This document shows positions 55,501-64,000 of a stretch of DNA of 64,000 nucleotides, piece after piece. A program made the translations under genes and the position numbers. The stretch is from Eledone cirrhosa (lineage: Eukaryota), in NCBI GenBank assembly GCA_964016885.1, contig OZ024742.1, forward strand, positions 17,670,001-17,734,000, read 5' to 3'. How positions within the stretch are numbered: position 1 is the first letter of the stretch; every line of letters starts with the position of its first letter. The notes under the pieces were generated by a model that was not told where the DNA came from, did no database searches, and was given only the letters and a program-made list of their open reading frames with translations.

Positions 55501-55958
55501 ACACAGTCCCAGCGTGCATCTAAGATCCCGTTCCAGTCGCCCACTAACACTAAAGAGCGGGACGTTCCAAGAAAGGTCTCCAGACGCCGGAAGAAATCAG
55601 GCCGCCCTGCTCCTGTCGGGGCATAGACGGCCACTAGCCTGAAGGCTTGCCCGTCTCCGCTGGTCACGTCCAGCACCACCAGCTTACCCTCTGGGTCCAG
55701 GAAGATGGCCCGTATGGCGAGATCCAAACCTCTCCGAAAAAGTACAGCAACTCCTCCACCGGATCCAGGACGGCTGGGAGATGCGTACACATCGTAGCCG
55801 CCGAAGATCGGTGCGAAGGCCCGTGCTTCGGAGATTCTGGTCTCGCTGATGGCCACTACATCTATGTTTAGTGACCTGAGGTCGTTGAGCAGGTGACCCT
55901 GCTTCCATGACGACCCCAAGCCACGCGCATTTATGCTGCCTATTCTGAGTGAGGTCAT
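52539..55958 (-). CDS. LINE ORF2p: APE endonuclease + reverse transcriptase + zinc finger (1139 aa)
   Basis: Intact ORF with NARGL/SET/GDWN/LDR/TDH, FRPITLLN, DQSKAFDRV, QGCPLS, YADD, CPRC-X8-H-X4-C. Confidence 0.96.
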   Translation of the reverse strand: MTSLRIGSINARGLGSSWKQGHLLNDLRSLNIDVVAISETRISEARAFAPIFGGYDVYASPSRPGSGGGVAVLFRRGLDLAIRAIFLDPEGKLVVLDVTSGDGQAFRLVAVYAPTGAGRPDFFRRLETFLGTSRSLVLVGDWNGILDARWDCVGLADRGGGCKSLTNLLRRFELSDRYRLDFPNVPMWTWTNRIGSSRSYLDRVFCREIDRSSIGCPQFKIVSYTDHKFVICVLDLDRLHRRGPGYWKLNASLPARKAYRDRISELVKRALTGAIVNNKWWFALKRAIRIESIRFSKALAIEKNRAEGELVRKLDEALSKGIATDVLAAKLALDQFFNAKHEGCVVRARVRALRHEGTKAVQWARVAEARRGNKATIRSLVDHDGRMLLDPGQMCETFQRHFAQLFGGSGGPGRGMDFSVYLDGLPRLSATEARCCEKPITAAEVREAMTGCTRGKSPGLDGLPYELYVQMPDLFGGLLADVYCNWQQNGRIPSSVSRGAVALLRKDPNKGDNIDNFRPITLLNTEFKILAKVLAKRLALVVGGLVGEAQTCAIPDRSIHDNLHLMRYIVERVAREPGTGGSLINLDQSKAFDRVDHRYLAAVLRAAGFGPVFRGWIAAMHSDICSVVRVNGHLSEPFNIMRSVRQGCPLSSLLYVLTLEPLLHKLETLRGVPRELGCGRSVSAYADDVTVVVSNAKHIEAIGTTLREYEAVTGAMINQEKSVGLQLGTWRGRSMPSNSVVGRWTDGPVKLLGVWFGPDLQTDKNWDEVTSRVASLTQKWAERKLSLKGRAEVANAYIASVICYRLTVVPCPKPRLTALERLLFRFLWKGRAPMVRRSICCQHPLRGGLGMPWLMMRRHALRLRHLHLFLDGDQVWSPFARRVFPQLVSLTELQSWVKRRPRGSAWRLECLQALTALDQSGNVIGGNSTSAFYRGLVEGKSDDVLGETLGVDENQLANLFGRTFGPGPMDNFQKSLAWQCYRGALPVRDKLYRHGGAVSRACPRCAQGDETVLHALVQCPKIADLWVYVEHLLSRLGRIQLSSESIVRIAPPSSFSREGQAVFICLVAMAKEIVWWTRLKGLKTSTYLFGDALIDFFKFHLKRKIRVEKEVLSSQHFVERWVREARMARVNGPTLSIYL

Positions 55959-55993
55959 GTTTAAAATAGAGTGGAAAAGATGGGAAAGACCAC

Positions 55994-58093
55994 TTACCGT
56001 ATTTTTGGTAGAGGAGGGATGGTTTTTACATCCCTTTTCACTTGATCGTCTGGTGAAGGGACCGTTGAATCGTCCCTTCGGCTGGTCGTCGGCTCTTCTA
56101 AGAGAATGTCTGAATATACTCTTCGATTAATGGTTCCTCCTAGGTCCCTGAAATCACCAACTGCGTTGGGAAATTTCGTTTTAATGTTTGTGTATTGTTT
56201 CTGTGCTATTTTTAGCAGTCTTATGTTAGTTGGCGTTTTGATTGGTGCTGGTATTATGTAGTCCTGTTGTGAAATGTCTGTGTGTTCAATTATGTAAGTC
56301 ATTAGTTTCTTGTTGTGTGTGTTTATTGCCGTGCATTTGTTTTTCTGGGGGTGGGGTGTGGTTCTGCTATTTTCTTGTCGTTGTTGCTGGGTGTGTGTGT
56401 TTTGTTGTTGTGTTTGCGATGTTGGTGCTTGTGGTGGTGGTGTTGAAGGTGTTGTTGGCGGTGGGGTTGTCGCCGGTGGTGATGGTGGTGCTGGTGTGGG
56501 TGGTGATGGTGTTGGTGGAGTTGCTGCTGTGGGTCTCTTTGCAGTAGACTTTACCCTTTTCTCATTTCTTTCCTCCCTTTTCAAAGGCGACGATGCGCTG
56601 CTTCTGCGTTTGTGCCTTCTTGAGACCTTTTGCCATCCCTCTCCCACCTCACACTCCATGTCTGATTCTGTAAGGTCGGGGAGGGGTACCAGCTCCACTC
56701 TTTCACTTGTTGTTGTTGGTGATGTTTGCACTGGAGTCTCTGTTGCAGCTGCATTTGGTATTGCTGTTGTTGTTGTTAATATTTCCACTGCTGCTGCTGT
56801 CTTTGATTTCCGTGGAGTGGGTATGGGTGCCACGGACCTATCGTTCCTGGTTGCCGCTTGTCCTGTTGCTGGTAGCCGTGGAACCGGATTCGGGAGGAGG
56901 GGGGTTTTCTCCTTTCTCAGGGTCTTCTCGTTGCAGAAGGCCCTGAGGTGAGTCTTCGATCCACAGCGAAAGCATTTCGGGCGTTTGCCCTCAACACTTA
57001 TGGGCAGTTGAGTGCCGTTATCGAAGTCTATCACATCCGGGATAGCTTCGATGCACTCCTGGTTGGTTTGGATTAGCATCTCAATGGAGGAGCCGACCCA
57101 ATCTTCTCTTACTTTTTTCTGTACTTGCAGTACAGTTGTTTTGTCCTCGATTCCGACGAGGACAGACGCGGCCAGCCAAGAAGGGGTCATTCCGGGGGGG
57201 ACGTGGGTCAGTTTGACCCTCACAATTTTTTGCCCGCAGTAGGAGGGCACCAACACCATTTCCTCGCTCCTTAGGGTCACTACTGATTGGGCCTTTGCCT
57301 CCTGGGGTGTGGCAAAAAGTACGTCTACGGTGGCGTATTTTTTGCCTCGGGTGATGTGCGTTTTCCTCTGCCACACAGACCCCAAGGCTTTTTGTATTTG
57401 GGCCTCTGTGGCTCTTTCCACCCTACGGGATTTTGTACTTACTGTACGGTACGTGACCGTACAGTGCTCTTGGGTTTCGAAAAAATTTTTCGCTGCCTTG
57501 CAGATTGCTCGGTGTCCGTTCTTTGTCACCATCTTCTTCGCTTCCTCTAATTCCTCATTTGTTATGAGGATTGTTTCCAGGTTTTTCGCAATACCTGCAA
57601 ATGAGATTGGTTTTTCTCTGCTGTTGTTGTTGTCGTCAGAGCTGCTGGTACTTTTGTTGTTGCTGCAGGTACTACGACTACTGCCTCCGCCGCTGTTGCT
57701 GTGGTTGTTGTTGGTGTTGCTGCTGCTAATGCTGTTGTTGTTTATGCTGCTGGTGATGCTGTTGCGGCTGCTACTGTTGTTTTCATTGTCACTGTTGCTG
57801 TTGTTATTACGGCTGCTACTGCTATTATTCCTGACGTCAGACGAATGAACTGGGTTTTCGTATTTCCCGCACACCTGTTTCGTCGCTGTCGTCGTCGTCG
57901 TGGAGAAACCTTGCACGCTTTGCACGAGACTTTTCTTTTCTTTCGTCGCTTGCGAAAGAGAAGGTAGGGAGAGAGACACATTTAAAGAAGGGAGGGAGAG
58001 AGACAATCTTCTCTCTCCTGTAGTGATGATTGAGGAAGAAGAAGACGGAATGAGTGGGAGTGACGTATGAAATTTTTTTTTTTTGGTAGCCAT
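55994..58093 (-). CDS. LINE ORF1p with CCHC zinc knuckle and low-complexity Ser/Asn and Pro/Thr tracts
   Basis: Open frame; first ATG at 58093 (MATKKKK); CFRCGSKTHLRAFC. Confidence 0.9.
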   Translation of the reverse strand: MATKKKKFHTSLPLIPSSSSSIITTGERRLSLSLPSLNVSLSLPSLSQATKEKKSLVQSVQGFSTTTTTATKQVCGKYENPVHSSDVRNNSSSSRNNNSNSDNENNSSSRNSITSSINNNSISSSNTNNNHSNSGGGSSRSTCSNNKSTSSSDDNNNSREKPISFAGIAKNLETILITNEELEEAKKMVTKNGHRAICKAAKNFFETQEHCTVTYRTVSTKSRRVERATEAQIQKALGSVWQRKTHITRGKKYATVDVLFATPQEAKAQSVVTLRSEEMVLVPSYCGQKIVRVKLTHVPPGMTPSWLAASVLVGIEDKTTVLQVQKKVREDWVGSSIEMLIQTNQECIEAIPDVIDFDNGTQLPISVEGKRPKCFRCGSKTHLRAFCNEKTLRKEKTPLLPNPVPRLPATGQAATRNDRSVAPIPTPRKSKTAAAVEILTTTTAIPNAAATETPVQTSPTTTSERVELVPLPDLTESDMECEVGEGWQKVSRRHKRRSSASSPLKREERNEKRVKSTAKRPTAATPPTPSPPTPAPPSPPATTPPPTTPSTPPPQAPTSQTQQQNTHTQQQRQENSRTTPHPQKNKCTAINTHNKKLMTYIIEHTDISQQDYIIPAPIKTPTNIRLLKIAQKQYTNIKTKFPNAVGDFRDLGGTINRRVYSDILLEEPTTSRRDDSTVPSPDDQVKRDVKTIPPLPKIR

Positions 58094-58306
58094 GTTGTTT
58101 TGTTTAAAATGAAATTTTGGGTACAAAACCCCAATAACTGGCTATTTAACCCCGAAGGGCCAAATAACGGACAGAAAGACCCCTCTCACGAGGAGGAGGG
58201 TGTCTTTATCAACAATTTGGTTCAAGTTTTAAACAATTTACAATTGTTTTAACGGTTAAAAATTACTATACCTTACAGAGCCGAGCCTCCGTCAACCATG
58301 GCATTC

Positions 58307-58337
<31 letters not shown>

Positions 58338-61300
58338 GTCTTGGTTGACATTCGTTCTAGAAGTGGTAACACGAAATGATTACCCCTTGGCGGATAAGGA
58401 TAAAACGCGACAAAATAAAGTAAATGTCTAATGATAAAATCTCATACCGGATCGGCCGTCACCCGGGTAAAAAAGGGCCGCGTCCCTCAGAGAGGAACCA
58501 GACTGGGGTCGAAAAATCAGCTAATGGTTCAAACCTTCCCATCACTTCGGAGCTGGAGACCTCCCATAACCGGAATACTCCTACTGTTGGCCCTCCATGC
58601 TCACCACCAAGAAATCCAAAGAAAAAGAGAGAAAAATGGTCAAGGGAAGATAATAAAGAAGTCCTTGAGGCTTTCTACACTGCCATGTACTACCCATCAA
58701 ATACATCGAATACAGAACAAACATATATCAACTGGAAAAAGAAACATCCCGAAAACAGAGGCTATATTGACAGTAACAAACTAGCCAATATACGAAGAAA
58801 TATTGTAAGAAAAAAGTTACTAACTGATATAGAAATTGATCAGATCAAGCTAGTAGCACAAAGTCAGCAAAGGGAAAATGAAGCATGTGTCAGTGAAAAC
58901 GAGGTAAACTGTAACACTTCGAATCCCAGGGTTGGGGCGGAATCACTGGCAACAGAACAAATTAAGGAAAGGAGCGAAAAAGTGGAGGGAGTGCATGCTC
59001 AGGATGAAACTCCAAATGAAAATAATGAGATCGTAAATGATAAAGAAATGAATGAGAATGAACTTGCAACTTGAAGGATGAAATTATGATCGAATGGATG
59101 AAAATGAAAGAATCTGACATGGGGCAACGAGACACCCTCCCTAAGATCCAGAACTCCAAACAGAACCAAAAGATAATACACAAGACTAACATAATTCTCA
59201 AAAACATTATCATCACAAACAAACTAAACATTACTGACTTAAATCATCTCTATTATGCATCGGCTAAAGTCACCACTCACTTATGTGGAGTGAAGATGAA
59301 AAAACAAAGGAATTCCCACAAGAAATCTACTTGGCAAGATAACATCAATCGCCAAATAAACCTTCTCCGATCTGACATAGAAGTTTTAACAAACTATAAA
59401 GTAGGTGAACATGTTAAACAAACTAAACTTAGAAAATTGAAAAAAAAGTACAGTATAAGATCAACATGTGACATAGACATGCTGATAGAAACAATCAAGC
59501 AAAAAGTGTCGGCCAAAGCTGCTCGTATAAGGCGCTTTGAAAAACGATCTAGATTCTATAAGGACAATAATATGTTCAAAAACAACCAAAGAAACTTCTA
59601 CAGAAAAATTGGTAAGTCAACAATAACTGCTAAATCAATACCACCCAAGGAGGAAGTGCAAGAATTCTGGGAAAAGATCTGGGCCGAAGAAAAAGTTCAT
59701 AACATACATGCCCCATGGATAGACAGACAAATGAAAGAAACAGCTCACCTTGAAGAACAAACATGGGAAAATATAACAGTTGAACAGCTGCGCTTGGCTC
59801 TAAGAAAAACCAGCAAATGGAAATCCCCGGGAAAAGACAAAATACAAAACTTTTGGATAAATGCCTTCACAGCTGTTAGCCCAACTTTACAATTAAATAG
59901 TTAAGGAGCCAGAAAAGATACCATCATGGCTAGTTAACGGCATTACATTCCTGATACCGAAGAATGATGAGACAAACAATCCCAAAAATTACAGACCGAT
60001 AACCTGCTTGACCACAATGTATAAAATTTTAACATCAGTCCTAACTGAATACACATATGACCACCTGATAACAAATGACCTATTTCCCATTGAGCAGAAA
60101 GGGTGTAAACGAGGCTCATATGGCTGTAAGGATCAGCTTCTGGTTAACAAAATGATACTGGAAGATTGTCATAATAGACACAAGAATCTATCGATTGCTT
60201 GGATAGATTATAAAAAAGCATTCGATAGTTTGCCACACAGTTGGATTGAAAAATGTTTAGAGATTTTCAAAATATCCCCCGTTGTCAGGAGGTTATTGTC
60301 ATTCAGTATGAGGACATGGAGAACGACACTCCTTTTGAATAGTGAAACAAAATCACTGGAAGCTGGAGAAGTTAACATTAATTGTGGAATTTTTCAGGGT
60401 GACTCTTTATCACCGCTTTTATTCTGCATCGCACTTATACCATTAAGTAAAATGCTCAATGAAACAAAACATGGATATAGAGTCTATGACAAAACCATTA
60501 ATCACCTGTTCTACATGGATGACCTGAAACTATTTGCAAAAAATGATGAACAATTGCAAGGGCTATTATCCACTGTGAAGCAGTTCAGTGATGACATTAA
60601 AATGGAGTTTGGACTGAATAAATGCGCCAAAGCAACGTTCACCAGAGGAAAGCTGCTGAAGAGTTCAGACATTAATCTTGATCGGGGGAACGTGATAAGA
60701 GAGCTTGATCAAGAAAAAACTTACAAATATCTAGGTGTTTGTGAAGGAGACGGAATCAAGCACTCGACAATGAGGGAAAGGATAAGGAAGGAATGTTACC
60801 GCAGAGTCAGAGCAATCTTAAGAACGGAATTGAATGCAAGGAATAGGATCGATGCCATAAACACGCTTGCCATACCAGTAGTAACCTACAGTTACAATGT
60901 CATCAACTGGTCAAGCACAGAGATCCGTAGGCTCGATACAAAAATCCGAAAATTCTTAACCATGCACAGAATGCATCACCCTAAGGCAGACATAGATAGA
61001 ATATATCTCCCTAGGAAAGAGGGAGGACGTGGATTAATCCAGTTAGACATTGCGTTGAAAACTGCAACAATTGGATTATCCACATATCTAAGGGAATCAC
61101 ATGATTGGATGATCAAACTCGTTTTGAAACACGAAAGCACCAAAAGATCATATTCCATTACAAAAGATGCACAAAGATACAGTAATGGACTACAAATTTC
61201 AGAAGTCCCATTTACTGCTGAAATGGAAAACACAGAAAAAGCAAAGCAGGTAAAAGTAACTGCAAAGAAAGAACTGCTACAGAAACTGGCTAAGAAATGG

Positions 61301-62202
61301 CAAGAAAAGCCTCTGTATGGAAAATACCCAGAGCGAGCTAACAATCCTGATGTTGACAAAACTTTAACCCATCAGTGGTTGGCATCCTCTGGACTGAAAT
61401 CGGAGACTGAAGGACTGATTATATCAGCACAAGATCAGTGTCTGCCAACAAAAAATTACCAAGCCAACATAATAAAAAATGGGTGCAGCCCATTATGCCG
61501 TGTATGCAAAAAACAACCAGAGACCATTGACCATATAATTTCAATGTGCAGTCCTATAGCTCCAACCGAATACCTAAACAGGCATGACAGAGCTGCACAA
61601 TACATACATTGGATAATGTGTAAGCATTTTGACCTGCCCCATCAAAAGAATTGGTGGGAGCATCAACCACCTCCCATACTTGAAAAAGATCACATCTCAA
61701 TCTTGTGGAACTTTAGCATCCAAACAGACCGAAAAATAGATGCAAATAGACCTGATATAATATTGAAGGACTTTCAAAGGAGGGTATGCCTGCTAATTGA
61801 TATGTCTGTTCCAATAGACAAGAATGTATCTATAAAAACATTTGAAAAATTGAGCAAGTACAAGGATCTGGAGATAGAAGTTGGAAAAATGTGGAAATTG
61901 AGAACTAAAACAATATCAGTGGTTGTAGGCGCTCTGGGAATGATACCTAAGGGGTCTAATGATTACTTATCGCAAATCCCAGGAAACCCGCGTATAGGAG
62001 AAATACAAAAGATAGTACTAATGGGAACTGCCCATATACTAAGGAAGATCCTGTCAATATAAGTACATCACAAGTCTAAACACTAAGGATGCATGTGTGA
62101 ATATGTATGTTCTTTCTTGAACATGGCGGACCATGTTGTCTCTTGAGGTCACTGGTTGTGACTTGGTGATAACTCGTATAAACATAAAGCAAGATAAATG
62201 CA
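58338..62202 (+). mobile_element. Full-length R4/Dong-like non-LTR retrotransposon (RLE type) in (TAA)n
   Basis: Single long ORF with RT, CCHC and PD-(D/E)XK endonuclease; flanked by TAA repeats, the known Dong target. Confidence 0.92.
58424..62062 (+). pseudogene. RT + CCHC + restriction-like endonuclease ORF with two breaks
   Basis: KSPGKD, YRPITCL, DYKKAFDS, QGDSLSP, YMDD, CRVC..ETIDHIISMC, RHD, NRPDI..IDMS..KLSKY; breaks near 59072 and 59900. Confidence 0.92.
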
Positions 62203-62227
62203 AATAATAATAATAATAATAATAATA

Positions 62228-63060
62228 AGTGGTTGGCATCCTCTGGACTGAAATCGGAGACTGAAGGACTGATTATATCAGCACAAGATCAGTGTCTGCC
62301 AACAAAAAATTACCAAGCCAACATAATAAAAAATGGATGCAGCCCATTATGCCGTGTATGCAAAAAACAACCAGAGACCATTGACCATATAATTTCAATG
62401 TGCAGTCCTATAGCTCCAACCGAATACCTAAACAGGCATGACAGAGCTGCACAATACATACATTGGATAATGTGTAAGCATTTTGACCTGCCCCATCAAA
62501 AGAATTGGTGGGAGCATCAACCACCTCCCATACTTGAAAAAGATCACATCTCAATCTTGTGGAACTTTAGCATCCAAACAGACCGAAAAATAGATGCAAA
62601 TAGACCTGATATAATATTGAAGGACTTTAAAAAGAGGGTATGCCTGCTAATTGATATGTCTGTTCCAATAGACAAGAATGTATCTATAAAAACATTTGAA
62701 AAATTGAGCAAGTATAAGGACCTGGAGATAGAAATTGGAAAAATGTGGAAATTGAGAACTAAAACAATACGAGTGGTTGTAGGCGCTCTGGGAATGATAC
62801 CTAAGGGGTCTAATGATTACTTATCGCAGATCCCAGGAAACCCGCGTATAGGAGAAATACAAAAGATAGTACTAATGGGAACTGCCCATATACTAAAGAA
62901 GATTCTGTCAATATAAGTACATCACAAGTCTAAACACTAAAGATGCATGTGTGAGTATGTATGTTCTTCCTTGAACATGGCGGACCTTGTTGTCTCTTGA
63001 GGTCACTGGTTGTGACTTGGTGATAACTCGTATGAACATAAAGCAAGATAAATGCAACTG
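62228..63060 (+). mobile_element. 5'-truncated R4/Dong-like copy
   Basis: Near-identical to 61376-62202; TAA repeats on both sides. Confidence 0.95.
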
Positions 63061-63077
63061 TAATAATAATAATAATA

Positions 63078-63524
63078 AATATTGAAGGACTTTAAAAAGA
63101 GGGTATGCCTGCTAATTGATATGTCTGTTCCAATAGACAAGAATGTATCTATAAAAACATTTGAAAAATTGAGCAAGTATAAGAACCTGGAGATAGAAAT
63201 TGGAAAAATGTGGAAATTGAGAACTAAAACAATACCAGTGGTTGTAGGCGCTCTGGGAATGATACCTAAGGGGTCTAATGATTAGTTATCGCAAATCCCA
63301 GGAAACCCGCGTATAGGAGAAATACAAAAGATAGTACTAATGGGAACTGCCCATATACTAAGGAAGATTCTGTCAATATAAGTACATCACAAGTCTAAAC
63401 ACTAAAGATGCATGTGTGAGTATGTATGTTCTTTCTTGAACATGGCGGACCTTGTTGTCTCTTGAGGTCACTGGTTGTGACTTGGTGTTAACTCGTATGA
63501 ACATAAAGCAAGATAAATGCAACT

Positions 63525-63525
<1 letters not shown>
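63078..63525 (+). mobile_element. Shorter 5'-truncated R4/Dong-like copy
   Basis: Near-identical to 61759-62202; TAG at 63283; followed by (TAA)n. Confidence 0.95.
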
Positions 63526-63562
<37 letters not shown>

Positions 63563-64000
63563 TAAATAAATAAATAAAATATAAAAAAATATAAAAAATA
63601 AAATATATGAAAAATATGAAAATATAAAAAATATAAGAAATAGGAAATATTTTCTCATTTCAAGAGCTCTCAATATATTTCTCTAGAATAGTTTATTATA
63701 TTTATATTTATATTTAGGAAGAAAATGTATTTATACTTGAGAAAATGAAAAAGGTGAAGGAATCTAATGATTTATCGACAGGTTTCATATATTAAGCAAA
63801 TTACTTAATTAATTATACTACATTTTAAATTTATATTTATATTTAAACGTTGAGTTCAATCTATGTCTGCAGCAACTGAATAAATTATTCCTTAAATTTA
63901 GGGAATTTTTGTTCTTTAATATAAAGAATATTTCCTCTATACAAAGATCGCAATTTTCTGAAGAGGAATTAAAAGGAGTAGCTTTTTGAAATAATATTCC

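Larger units (their letters stand above)
52276..58306 (-). mobile_element. Full-length intact Tx1/L1-like LINE, unit C
   Basis: Both ORFs open; 5'UTR and ORF1 differ from units A and B; (AAT)n on both sides. Confidence 0.96.

Noticed and set aside
40633-57967. Many plus-strand ORFs overlapping the Tx1-like units
   Set aside because: Antisense shadows of GC-rich ORF1/ORF2; repeated only because the elements are repeated.
58338-58423. HDV-like ribozyme in the Dong-like 5'UTR
   Set aside because: Could not build the nested double pseudoknot by eye; a covariance search would be needed.

Overview
Eukaryotic, repeat-dominated DNA with no confidently identifiable host gene. The SINE families and microsatellite density resemble a cephalopod (Octopus-like) genome, which is an inference. 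Layout: (i) 1-10.28 kb is a 56/60-bp GT-rich minisatellite, and all ORFs there are artefacts. (ii) 10.3-28 kb holds tRNA-derived SINEs, CRE-, RTE- and Tx1-like LINE fragments, and several long palindromes lying next to (TA)n. (iii) 28.3-39 kb holds two convergent Penelope-like retroelements (RT + GIY-YIG) plus small non-coding elements. (iv) 40.4-58.3 kb holds three full-length head-to-tail Tx1/L1-like LINEs in an (AAT)n tract, the last with intact ORFs. (v) 58.3-63.5 kb holds one full-length and two 5'-truncated R4/Dong-like RLE elements in the same tract. Read by eye, the window carries six different type-I hammerhead ribozyme folds (seven copies). Some show a U3-A8 core covariation, and four have unusually long stem II. 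They sit in Penelope pLTRs and in small (TA)n-embedded elements, and several palindrome centres and truncation points map onto ribozyme features. The Tx1-like units show an ORF1/5'UTR swap. The switch falls at a conserved G|GTAAGT motif that could splice ORF1 in-frame to ORF2. No computation was run: folds, identities and boundaries are manual estimates.
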